Source: a virus (lineage: Duplodnaviria > Heunggongvirae > Uroviricota > Caudoviricetes). Taken from it: a DNA stretch of 64,000 nucleotides. Of this stretch, positions 54,684 through 63,052 are shown piece by piece. Each line of letters opens with the position of its first letter. The first letter of the stretch is position 1. The stretch covers positions 15,911 to 79,910 of the IMG/VR virus record IMGVR_UViG_3300006056_000031. One strand, 5' to 3'. The notes under the pieces are model-generated. The model ran no database searches. It saw only the letters and a program-made list of their open reading frames with translations, and had not been told where the DNA came from. The position numbers and the translations under genes were made by a program.

Positions 54684-54712
54684 AAAGGCAGACTTCGGTC
54701 TGCCTTTTTTCT
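54684..54712 (+). terminator. rho-independent terminator
   Basis: AAAGGCAGAC-ttcg-GTCTGCCTTTTTTC. Confidence 0.7.
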
Positions 54713-54726
54713 AAAAAGTAAAGATT

Positions 54727-55938
54727 ATGTCTATCTGGTTATGCCTTCTAATACCGATTATAGGCGCCGTAGTGCTGCTTAAATTTTTCTCAAAGAAATT
54801 GACATGGTGGGAAGTTTTAATTCCGCTATTGGCTTGTTTATCATTCATAGCGATCTTTAAGGCTATAGTGGAGAAGGTACAAGTGACTGACACGGAGTAT
54901 CATGGAGCTCTAATTGTATCGGCAAGATATTACGAGCCATACACGACATGGGTTTCTAAAACATGTAGTTATACTGTCTCGTGTGGTAAGAACTGCAGAA
55001 GAACCGTTTATTATGATTGCTCATATTGTGACGAGAATGGTCCGGAATGGGAGATTAAGAATTCATTAGGGAAAACATGGAATATTACACAGAAAGAGTA
55101 TAATAGACTAATGAAAAAATGGTCTGCTAAACCAGAATTTGTTGAGCTCGGCAGAAATATCAACTATCACGGGGGTTGTGGACAGGATGGAGATGCATAC
55201 CAGATAAACTGGAACGGGTTACCGCTTACTGCTGAATCCACAACAACAGAGAACAGTTACGAAAATAGGGTTCAGGCAGCTCATACAGCATTTGATTATC
55301 CGGTTATAACTGACGAAGACAAAAAACAATATAAGCTATTTGATTATCCCGAAGTTGAAGGGTATGGTCAGAAAATGGTTCTTGGTCTGGATAGTATCAA
55401 ATGGGTAAACAAAAGAGACAAGTGGTACATGAATCAATGGGCTACTTTTCTAAACGGTAAGTTGGGTGTTAAGAAACATGCAAGAATCTATTTTCTTTAC
55501 TTCAAAGATATGCCATCGGTTGCTGCTGATATGCAAGAGGCTTATTGGGACGGAGGCAATGATAATGAAATTGTGGTTTGTGTCGGTCTATCCAGCAAAT
55601 CTAGAGAAATCCAATGGGTAAAACCTTTTAGCTGGAGTCCGATCAGAAGAATAATCCCAGATGTCCGTGAGGATATAATGAAGAATAAAAGCTTCGATGC
55701 AGGTAAATTATCAAATGCTGTTTGGTATAACGTTGATAGGGAATTTAAAAGAAAAGATTTTAGCGAATTTTCATACATTTCAGTAGATCCACCAACATGG
55801 GCAAAATGGGTTACTTTCTTTATAACATTGATCATAACCGTATGGATTTGCTATTGGGCAGTTGTTAACGATATTGACGGTAGTGATGATCCACTCAATG
55901 ATATGTTCAAAGGTAACAATAGAAATGGATACTATTAA
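54727..55938 (+). CDS. polytopic membrane protein with Cys-rich extracytoplasmic domain
   Basis: 403 aa. Two N-terminal and one C-terminal TM segments. CSYTVSCGKNCRRTVYYDCSYCDENG cluster. Confidence 0.5.
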   Translation: MSIWLCLLIPIIGAVVLLKFFSKKLTWWEVLIPLLACLSFIAIFKAIVEKVQVTDTEYHGALIVSARYYEPYTTWVSKTCSYTVSCGKNCRRTVYYDCSYCDENGPEWEIKNSLGKTWNITQKEYNRLMKKWSAKPEFVELGRNINYHGGCGQDGDAYQINWNGLPLTAESTTTENSYENRVQAAHTAFDYPVITDEDKKQYKLFDYPEVEGYGQKMVLGLDSIKWVNKRDKWYMNQWATFLNGKLGVKKHARIYFLYFKDMPSVAADMQEAYWDGGNDNEIVVCVGLSSKSREIQWVKPFSWSPIRRIIPDVREDIMKNKSFDAGKLSNAVWYNVDREFKRKDFSEFSYISVDPPTWAKWVTFFITLIITVWICYWAVVNDIDGSDDPLNDMFKGNNRNGYY

Positions 55939-56281
55939 AGAGAAAGCAACATATCTAAATAGACATTCGGATAAGATTGTATTTGAGAGAGTTGATTTAC
56001 TGAAATTCCAAATGACTGGATTCATGCCAGGAGGAACCAGAACCATAAGAGGAGAATCGGGTACAAATATTATAGCTATTGATCCGCCGGGTGGACCATT
56101 GATAAGTGCACATCAGGAGAACACTTGGCCTTCTACCGATCTAGGTGAGTTTAATAAGAAATGGAAGGGAATGAAAGTCATATCAATAAATTTCGACATT
56201 ACTGAATTTCACAAGATCATAATGGAATGTGAATACATTTTAGAAAATATAAAATGGAAGGGAATAAAAAATCCAGCTTGA
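55925..56281 (+). CDS. hypothetical protein
   Basis: Start placed at the internal ATG 55925 to limit overlap with the upstream ORF. The longer ORF begins at 55862. Confidence 0.35.
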   Translation: MDTIKEKATYLNRHSDKIVFERVDLLKFQMTGFMPGGTRTIRGESGTNIIAIDPPGGPLISAHQENTWPSTDLGEFNKKWKGMKVISINFDITEFHKIIMECEYILENIKWKGIKNPA

Positions 56282-56306
56282 TGCTGGATTTTTTTATTTT
56301 AACCAT
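56274..56306. terminator. bidirectional terminator between convergent genes
   Basis: AAAAAATCCAGC-ttgat-GCTGGATTTTTTT. Confidence 0.65.
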
Positions 56307-56896
56307 CGGTCTAATATATTCATTGCTGTCTTATATTTCCTAATTCCATCATCAAAATCTTTTCTTGTTGTTTTTATTTTTTTTATAAATTTGTTCTTTT
56401 CATCATCTCCCAGAGAATCATACAGTGAGTATATCAATAATGGATCCTTAGCATTTTTCTTGACCATGAAATCTATAACAGAATCAGTATTTAAAAATTC
56501 GGATTTTTTAATATCTCCATATTTGCTAACTATTCCCTTCTTCTTGTATTGCTTCAGCGTCCAGTCATAAACATAAAGAAACTGATCATTCCATCTCTTC
56601 AATGTTTCATCACCATCAAATTTTATTCTAACACTTTGATTGGATGGCTTATATCTGGTTGGTGTATTTCTTCTAATATAGCCACTAGAATAAACCACAA
56701 TATTATCATTAGGATTATCTAATTCAAGTTCATTGTTGTATAACCTTACGCTCATGTGTTTCTTCATAGCTGGTGTACTAGTTTCATAATATCCCATAGC
56801 AAGAAGCAATTTAAAGGCTGGAAGTTCCTTTATATCATCCATCGAATATTTCTCCCCGTAGCTTTCGAATATTCGAAAAGTCATTAAATTTACCAT
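56294..56896 (-). CDS. hypothetical protein
   Basis: 200 aa on the minus strand, convergent across a bidirectional terminator. Confidence 0.5.
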   Translation of the reverse strand: MVNLMTFRIFESYGEKYSMDDIKELPAFKLLLAMGYYETSTPAMKKHMSVRLYNNELELDNPNDNIVVYSSGYIRRNTPTRYKPSNQSVRIKFDGDETLKRWNDQFLYVYDWTLKQYKKKGIVSKYGDIKKSEFLNTDSVIDFMVKKNAKDPLLIYSLYDSLGDDEKNKFIKKIKTTRKDFDDGIRKYKTAMNILDRWLK

Positions 56897-56921
56897 GGAA
56901 TATATATCTTAAAAAAATAAA

Positions 56922-57104
56922 ATGATTGGAGCTATAGTTATTAAGGGTTGGGATGTACACCAGGCCAAGCTTAAATGGGGTGAGGAATTTGTTGATAACG
57001 TCATGCTGAAATGTAGCGGAAAACATCCATCAGTTCTTTATAATGAAACCGATGACGAAGATATAAAAGAATGTCTAAAGCTTCTATTTAAGGAAAATGT
57101 ATAG
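56922..57104 (+). CDS. hypothetical small protein
   Basis: ORF of 60 aa. Confidence 0.35.
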   Translation: MIGAIVIKGWDVHQAKLKWGEEFVDNVMLKCSGKHPSVLYNETDDEDIKECLKLLFKENV

Positions 57105-57136
57105 AAAAAGTCAATCTTAGGATTGACTTTTTCTTT
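57105..57136. terminator. bidirectional terminator between convergent genes
   Basis: AAAAAGTCAATC-ttag-GATTGACTTTTTC. Confidence 0.65.
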
Positions 57137-57383
57137 TTAACTTTGGTATACTAATTTTCTTTCCTGAAATCCAAAAATAGATTCCAAAGAAAAAAGCCGA
57201 GAGGCAATAAAATATACCATCTGTTATCAGATACGATCCTGTCCAATGCATCACTAATGCAAAAAGTGCGTCGAAGCCTAGTGGGTTGAAGAATGTCGCC
57301 AGGATCAGAACAATTGTCTGAATGTTTTTTCTCTGCATTTTTCTTGGGTGTTTCGGTGTCCATAATGGAATTTTTTTGCACAA
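57117..57383 (-). CDS. small membrane protein
   Basis: 88 aa on the minus strand with two hydrophobic segments. Confidence 0.4.
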   Translation of the reverse strand: MCKKIPLWTPKHPRKMQRKNIQTIVLILATFFNPLGFDALFALVMHWTGSYLITDGIFYCLSAFFFGIYFWISGKKISIPKLKRKSQS

Positions 57384-57503
57384 TTTTCATCTTTAGTGGA
57401 AAAAAATTGAGAGATTCTAGTTATCTGATCTATATATTGGAAAAAAATCGGAAACTTTTACCTTTTTTATCTATAATTAATACCAACATAAAAACATAAC
57501 GTC

Positions 57504-57779
57504 ATGCTCAAATTACCAAAATCTTACGAACAAACATTTGATCAGTTAGAATACTCCAGAGCAATTAACAAATTAAAATCCTCATACTATGTTCTATCTA
57601 ACGAAAAGATAGAAGAGATTCATAAGCTTTCACCGGATATTCGATCAAATGAATCCTACTATAATATAACATTTGATCAAGCAAGGTATAATGAATCAAT
57701 TGGAAATTTAAAAAATGCATATTATACCCTACCCTACGAATCCATAGAGAGGGTCAAGGTATTGGCCAAAGATTTATAA
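57504..57779 (+). CDS. hypothetical protein with internal duplication
   Basis: 91 aa. YEQTFDQLEYSRAINKLKSSYYVLSNEKIEEIHKL repeats as YNITFDQARYNESIGNLKNAYYTLPYESIERVKVL. Confidence 0.45.
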   Translation: MLKLPKSYEQTFDQLEYSRAINKLKSSYYVLSNEKIEEIHKLSPDIRSNESYYNITFDQARYNESIGNLKNAYYTLPYESIERVKVLAKDL

Positions 57780-58165
57780 TGGATGAAATAACACTCATAA
57801 ATCCTAATGGCTATGATCTAAAAGAAACTATTCTTATAAATAATAGACTCCATTATGCAAAACATCACGTCTGTCAGACATGCGGTGTATCTGAGTGTGT
57901 TCAATATTGGACGGAAGGAAACGGTGTAGCTAGATGCGAATCACCTGTTCTGGGTGACACCATGATATACGGTAAACTTTTCGGTAGATGTTTAGAATGT
58001 AGAATACCTGATCCAGATAAAGAGTATTTCTATCAGCCAAGATTGGATATCTTTGGAATTGAGGATGGGGGAAGACCATTCAAATTATCACTTAATCTGT
58101 ATGATCCGAATAGGGACCAAATAATTTCAGACTCCACGCTAATAGAATGGAGTAAAATAAGATGA
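57779..58165 (+). CDS. hypothetical Cys-rich protein
   Basis: 128 aa with CQTCGVSEC ... CESP ... CLEC. Confidence 0.45.
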   Translation: MDEITLINPNGYDLKETILINNRLHYAKHHVCQTCGVSECVQYWTEGNGVARCESPVLGDTMIYGKLFGRCLECRIPDPDKEYFYQPRLDIFGIEDGGRPFKLSLNLYDPNRDQIISDSTLIEWSKIR

Positions 58166-58175
58166 ATTTTATTTT

Positions 58176-58207
58176 TTTATTCCGCTTTCATTTAATATAT
58201 TTGCAGC
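58176..58207 (+). promoter_or_regulatory. phage promoter (-7 box 58196-58204) abutting the start codon at 58208
   Basis: tttattccgctttcatttaatatatttgcagcATG. Confidence 0.5.
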
Positions 58208-58765
58208 ATGAAAGGAAAAGATCTAAATACGTTCGTTAGATTCGGCGGGGTTAACCCAAAGAAGCAGAAGGGGTACAAGCCAGAACCGGATACGTATCAT
58301 TCCCCACCCGCTACTAGAGGTTTCTACGCTATGCCTAAGATTGCCCAAGAGTTTTTTCTTATTAGTTCTATGGGAAGATACCAACCAAGTACTGTCCCAA
58401 AGGAGGTTGAATATGATGAAAATAGAACAATAGAGGAATCAGAAAAACTCTGGGATGATTATAATAAAAGAAGAAAGAAAGCTATAAGCTCCATGAGAAA
58501 AGAGTTTATTAAAATGGATGGGAACATCTGGCATCATTTAAGGGATCACGTAAAACCAAATGAAGTTATAGATAGACACGGATCTTGGGTTAAAACAGAT
58601 ATAAAGTCATGGCAAAAGGCATTCACCAAGAGATCGCTAAAATATCGATATGGTGAAAGAGATGATTTTGGAGGAACTGTATCAATCAATGAACCAGCAC
58701 GATCTGGTCTTTTCGGAGTTTACTCGAGAGACGAATTTGAAGTATTTTTTGACGAAAAAGTTTAA
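58208..58765 (+). CDS. hypothetical protein (near-leaderless transcript predicted)
   Basis: 185 aa. The ATG lies only 3 nt after the TATATTTGC -7 box. Confidence 0.5.
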   Translation: MKGKDLNTFVRFGGVNPKKQKGYKPEPDTYHSPPATRGFYAMPKIAQEFFLISSMGRYQPSTVPKEVEYDENRTIEESEKLWDDYNKRRKKAISSMRKEFIKMDGNIWHHLRDHVKPNEVIDRHGSWVKTDIKSWQKAFTKRSLKYRYGERDDFGGTVSINEPARSGLFGVYSRDEFEVFFDEKV

Positions 58766-58768
58766 ATT

Positions 58769-59167
58769 ATGGAATTAAAAGGAATTATAACATCAGGAGA
58801 GAGAATATCAGTTACCTGTTGTGAAAACATTCAGGATCTAGAAATAGATGGAGTTTCTTTATATAAGAAACTAGAGGAGCTATTTGCTCAAAGTGAGGAG
58901 GATCATTGGAATGATTCCACGAAACAAAGTCCAAGATATCAAGTTCGCTATGTTATACTTGACGAGAAGCCGGAAGATGAGAAATCTTTCGAACAGCAAA
59001 GCGCCGAGGTGGTAACATCCATGCTTTATGCTAATCTGATATATGGATGCTATTCGGAGTGGACTTGTGGATATGGCGGATTTGATTATGTTGCTGATGA
59101 GAATGGTCATTCCATATTTAAAGAGCTTGAAAGCTATAGAGGCAAATATGTTCATTTTACAATATAA
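58769..59167 (+). CDS. hypothetical acidic protein
   Basis: ORF of 132 aa. Confidence 0.5.
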   Translation: MELKGIITSGERISVTCCENIQDLEIDGVSLYKKLEELFAQSEEDHWNDSTKQSPRYQVRYVILDEKPEDEKSFEQQSAEVVTSMLYANLIYGCYSEWTCGYGGFDYVADENGHSIFKELESYRGKYVHFTI

Positions 59168-59189
59168 AAAAATATACAAAATAATTTTT

Positions 59190-59225
59190 TTATATCGAAA
59201 ATGTTTCATACATTTGCCATGTAAT
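59190..59225 (+). promoter_or_regulatory. phage promoter (-7 box TACATTTGC 59209-59217)
   Basis: tttatatcgaaaatgtttcatacatttgccatgtaa. Confidence 0.55.
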
Positions 59226-59239
59226 TAAATAAAACAAAA

Positions 59240-60493
59240 ATGAAACTTTCAAATTTGCACACCACCAAATCTGGATATGAATTGAAGAGCATGATCCTAA
59301 ATGAATCTAGAACCGTAATAATCGGTAAGGTTCAGGACAAAGATCAAATCAAAGAAAATCCAGATATCGAGTCTATCTACATCTCAACCAAATGGGATAT
59401 TGACAGGGAGAACAAAATCTGTAAATGCCAGCTCGGTATCAGTGAGTATGATATTAGCCTGGAGAACAAGTATATCCCGGGTGTAACCGCTGAGCCAAAA
59501 CCAAAAAAGAACTTCTACACATTCAAGAAAGATGCTTGGCACTGTAAAGTCTATAAATGGGTTTTTGGTAAAGAACCACATAAGGTTCACCCTACCATGT
59601 GCCCATACTTCTGGATAATGGTTGTTGTATTTTTAACATTCCCACTTATTTTACTTGTCAAGATGACGGGTAAAATGGGAGCAAATTTCATCGAGTCTTG
59701 TTCAACATATTCTAAAAGAATGGAGGAGAAAAGAAGAGCAGCTTTCGTTAAAAGCTGTTTGGATAAACTTCCAACCATGACTGATAGAGAAGCCTATGTA
59801 CTTAAGCATAGCAAGATCTTTAAGAAGTATCAATACGAACTTCATTTTAAGGAAAGATATGCAATAGAGGATAAAGGATCAGAGTGGTATAACCAAAAAT
59901 GTCAGAAGGAGAGGGAGGAAAGAATGGGAAGAGACGAAGCGGAAAGAATGAAAAGAGAAATCAGAGATCGGAAAGATGATGAAAAATACCAAAATAAAAA
60001 GGTGAGAGAAGTAAAGATAGAGGAATTTAAACAGTCCAAAACTTCTAAGATCATTGGTATAGGTCTGGTGGTTATCATGTCTTACTTTATAATCTGGGGA
60101 TTAGGGGTAGCTACCGTTAAAGCGGTTGAGTGGATAAACTGGAAATACGTTGGGTATACAATTTTAGTAATAGCCTCAATTGTGACTGCGGCATTTATAA
60201 TATACATAACATTCAAATATATTATAAATCCATTCTTTAAATGGGTATTTATGCAAATGAGCAAGATCAATCCACCAAAAATTCCAAGCCCTAAGATGCC
60301 AGTTTATAAATTCGGCAGGGGTATAGGAAGGGGTTTTAAATTCCTCTTCGGTTGGGTAGAACCTCTATTCAGAGCAATAGTTCAGGGTATCATCTATATG
60401 GTTGATTTCTTCGGAATGGTTAGAGATTTAATCCACAGTATGTACAAAAAGAATTGTCCAGTCATTACATGGACTGACGATGATCAAAAATAA
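59240..60493 (+). CDS. polytopic membrane protein
   Basis: 417 aa with a charged central Arg/Glu/Lys-rich coiled coil flanked by TM segments. Confidence 0.5.
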   Translation: MKLSNLHTTKSGYELKSMILNESRTVIIGKVQDKDQIKENPDIESIYISTKWDIDRENKICKCQLGISEYDISLENKYIPGVTAEPKPKKNFYTFKKDAWHCKVYKWVFGKEPHKVHPTMCPYFWIMVVVFLTFPLILLVKMTGKMGANFIESCSTYSKRMEEKRRAAFVKSCLDKLPTMTDREAYVLKHSKIFKKYQYELHFKERYAIEDKGSEWYNQKCQKEREERMGRDEAERMKREIRDRKDDEKYQNKKVREVKIEEFKQSKTSKIIGIGLVVIMSYFIIWGLGVATVKAVEWINWKYVGYTILVIASIVTAAFIIYITFKYIINPFFKWVFMQMSKINPPKIPSPKMPVYKFGRGIGRGFKFLFGWVEPLFRAIVQGIIYMVDFFGMVRDLIHSMYKKNCPVITWTDDDQK

Positions 60494-60518
60494 AAATTAA
60501 CAATTAACAATCAATTTT

Positions 60519-61340
60519 ATGAGCATCTTTAAAAAAGGTAAATTAAGTAAGCCAGAATTCATCTCGAAGATGATTGGCACAGTCATCTCGCTTTTGGCAT
60601 TTGGCTTCATGTGGACGGTAGAGTTCCCAGGTGACACGGTAAAGGACAACGGATCCTTAAGTTTTTCGGCAATGCACACAACATTCAACATTGCTTTCTT
60701 GGTGGGCTTATTTGTCTATATCGTTATTCTAATGAGAAAGTCATTGGACCAGAATTTGGAATGGGATTTTAGAGAATCTAATGACGGCGATAAAAATCCA
60801 TTCGGAAGCGTAGCAGGTTTATTGGTTCTATTGCTTTTAGTTATTGGGCTGAGCCGATTCTATAAAGATTCAAAAGTCATCTATAATCAAACAGTTCTAT
60901 ATCAAAATGATTATGCTCAAGTGAGCCAAGAGAAAGAAACATACTACGACAACATGTGGAAATCTTATACACTTAAACATAATGTGCTAATCGAAAATAA
61001 ACAAACTTTTATCGAGATAACTAAGATGATCATGGATGGAAGACGTGATGGTGAAAAACTTACGTGGAAATGGTTACAAGAAAATCAACCAATACCATAT
61101 AGTGAATTTAGCAGCTTCTATGCTGACCTATCACAATTCGTAGAAACACAAAGAGCTGGATATTTAGCTTTAGAAGTGAAGTCACAGAACATCGCAAAAG
61201 CTAATAATATATTGCTACAGACTTTCCCGAACAATGTATATAATAGGGTTTTGAAAAGATCTCAGATTGATTACAAACCTGGATTTAGTTCAACAAAAAC
61301 TAAGAATGTGTTCCAAACAGGGATAGAAGATATTGAATAA
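60519..61340 (+). CDS. membrane-anchored protein, paralog family B
   Basis: Two N-terminal TM segments. The C-terminal 150 aa are collinear with the 54114 ORF (YDNMWKSYT ... IMDGRRDGEKLTWKWLQENQPIPYSEFSSFYADLS ... QRAGY ... FP ... YKPGFSSTKTKNVFQTG). Confidence 0.5.
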   Translation: MSIFKKGKLSKPEFISKMIGTVISLLAFGFMWTVEFPGDTVKDNGSLSFSAMHTTFNIAFLVGLFVYIVILMRKSLDQNLEWDFRESNDGDKNPFGSVAGLLVLLLLVIGLSRFYKDSKVIYNQTVLYQNDYAQVSQEKETYYDNMWKSYTLKHNVLIENKQTFIEITKMIMDGRRDGEKLTWKWLQENQPIPYSEFSSFYADLSQFVETQRAGYLALEVKSQNIAKANNILLQTFPNNVYNRVLKRSQIDYKPGFSSTKTKNVFQTGIEDIE

Positions 61341-61344
61341 AAAT

Positions 61345-61372
61345 AAAACCAGAGTTTAAGCTCTGGTTTAAA
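61345..61372 (+). terminator. rho-independent terminator
   Basis: AAACCAGAG-tttaag-CTCTGGTTTAAAT. Weak T tail. Confidence 0.5.
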
Positions 61373-61403
61373 TGGTCCTTCAACTTAATACGATTCGGCA
61401 ATC

Positions 61404-61802
61404 GTGTCAGCCTCTAAAACTGATGTAACGTGTTCGATGCACGGTGGGATCACAAAAAACATAACGATGAAAGAATATTCATGGAAAACAGCTCTAGGAG
61501 AAACTAAAAAATTCTCGGAAATAGATCATCAGCACCTATCGAATATACTTTGGTTCAGAGAGATTTTAACAGGAGCTAATTTTTGTAACTGTGAGGTTCA
61601 AAGGCTTTTAAATTCTGAACTAAAAAGAAGATTCAAAGGGGAGAGATTGCCATGGAAGCCATTACCAATTCCAAATGAGATAGATTGGATAAGAAAGGCG
61701 GCTTACATAAACAGTAAAGGTGAAATAATAGGAACAATGAAAACACCATCACATTACGGTAGAGTTATTGGATCTATTGCTCATATAGAAAAACTCAATT
61801 AG
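61404..61802 (+). CDS. hypothetical protein
   Basis: ORF of 132 aa. Confidence 0.45.
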   Translation: MSASKTDVTCSMHGGITKNITMKEYSWKTALGETKKFSEIDHQHLSNILWFREILTGANFCNCEVQRLLNSELKRRFKGERLPWKPLPIPNEIDWIRKAAYINSKGEIIGTMKTPSHYGRVIGSIAHIEKLN

Positions 61803-61881
61803 CGGAGAGTAGGGGAAACCCAAAAATAGCTAAGCTGTGTAAAGCGACAGAACTGATAATCTGTTAGAAGCTAGGTTGGAT

Positions 61882-62030
61882 GGCGGAAAGCTTATAATGG
61901 AAGAAATTCTATTACAGCAAGGAAGACGCTATATTAGAGAAAGGACGCACTGGATTTGGAAACCCAGTTAGCGACAGTGGAAGAATCAACGCTCTAATTA
62001 CCATTGTGGGTTCGAATCCCACTTCAGCCA
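61882..62030 (+). tRNA. tRNA-like gene, strongly oversized (about 149 nt), tentative
   Basis: T arm GTGGG-TTCGAAT-CCCAC at 62006-62022. 3' acceptor TTCAGCC pairs with GGCGGAA at 61882-61888 (6 of 7 bp). The interior contains an anticodon-like hairpin near 61847-61866 outside this span, so the boundaries are uncertain. Confidence 0.3.
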
Positions 62031-62050
62031 CTAATAAAAATATAAAAATA

Positions 62051-62557
62051 ATGAAAAAAGCATTGATTGCATTAGCTTTAATATTAGCGATAAATTCAAT
62101 ATATTCGCAAGATAATAAAGTAATTATTGAAAATTGCACCAACAAGTCTCAACTTTATGGACCAAGTGGTGTAATCTGTTCAAATATTGATAGAACAAAG
62201 TGGTTCACATTAAAACCAAACTACTTATTAGATGGTGATAGATTGTCTTGCCATGGCCTTATAGTAATTAAATCAAACATTGGTGGTCCGAGTAAAAAAT
62301 GCCAATTGGTATTTTCATTTAGCGATGGAAGTAAATTAAGACTGAAACCTGAGGAGGAATCAAAAACTGGGAACATTTTTTATTTTAAATTAACCGAATT
62401 AGAATTCATAATTTTAAAAAGTAAAAAAATTAATCACGCTAGATACATTAACGGAATTGATAATATCTCGTTCCAATATAAAATGGGTGAGGAAGAAAAA
62501 AATTACTATGTAAATTTGTTTACTAATTATCATATTCAAAAAATGTACTGTGAATAA
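62051..62557 (+). CDS. hypothetical secreted protein
   Basis: Start moved to MKKALIALALILAINSIYSQD (signal peptide). The longer ORF from 62006 would overlap the tRNA-like T arm. Confidence 0.45.
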   Translation: MKKALIALALILAINSIYSQDNKVIIENCTNKSQLYGPSGVICSNIDRTKWFTLKPNYLLDGDRLSCHGLIVIKSNIGGPSKKCQLVFSFSDGSKLRLKPEEESKTGNIFYFKLTELEFIILKSKKINHARYINGIDNISFQYKMGEEEKNYYVNLFTNYHIQKMYCE

Positions 62558-62559
62558 AT

Positions 62560-62662
62560 GGGTAGTTGGCGAATTGGCTAACGCAAAGGGTTAGTTTATA
62601 TCGGTAACAAATCAAGGTATAAATGAGTCCCTCATACGCAGGTTCGAATCCTGTACTACCCA
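62560..62662 (+). tRNA. type-II (Leu/Ser-like) tRNA-like gene with enlarged anticodon region (103 nt)
   Basis: Acceptor GGGTAGT/ACTACCC. D arm TGGCGAATTGGCTAACGCA is nearly identical in layout to bacterial tRNA-Leu. Variable-arm hairpin ATGAG-TCC-CTCAT. T arm GCAGG-TTCGAAT-CCTGT. The anticodon region is about 18 nt longer than canonical and no 5/7/5 arm fits. Confidence 0.5.
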
Positions 62663-62906
62663 CAAATCAGCGATGTTAACTACTCTGTGGTATCTACGGA
62701 GTGCTAGGAGTAAACCTAGAAACTTGCTTAGGTAAGTTAAGGATTAAATGAGTTACAGTTCGGATTTGAACCTTAAAAAAGCTAATGCTTTAATGACATG
62801 TAGATTCAGAATAGCTTATACTATTTAGGTACCTGAACCATTCAAAGAAGTCTTAGCAGATGATGATATTTTTTAGCCAAGGCGGAAATTTTTTGATTCA
62901 CTATTT

Positions 62907-62999
62907 GGTCAGATTGGACATAAGGTCGGTTCGAGTCCGATGGAAGGTCATGGATGTCGGGTAGCTCCCTGTAGGAAGGTTCGATTCCTTCCCTGACTG
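62907..62999 (+). tRNA. tRNA-like gene (about 93 nt) with duplicated T-arm-like hairpins
   Basis: T arm GGAAGG-TTCGATT-CCTTCC at 62974-62992. 3' CTGACT pairs with GGTCAG at 62907-62912. A second T-arm-like hairpin GTCGG-TTCGAGT-CCGAT sits at 62926-62942. Confidence 0.35.
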
Positions 63000-63015
63000 C
63001 GGCGCTTTTTCGTAC

Positions 63016-63052
63016 TTTAGTTTAGATATATAAAATAAACTAAAGTATAGAA
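63016..63052 (+). promoter_or_regulatory. 10-bp inverted repeat immediately upstream of the GIY-YIG gene start (possible regulatory hairpin)
   Basis: CTTTAGTTTA-gatatataaaa-TAAACTAAAG, ending 4 nt before ATG 63053. Confidence 0.35.

Noticed and set aside
62700-62900. Minus-strand tRNA suggested by GTTCGGATTTGAAC (62758-62771)
   Set aside because: The reverse complement gives GGTTCAAATCC, but no complementary T-stem or acceptor halves could be placed. More likely a simple hairpin.
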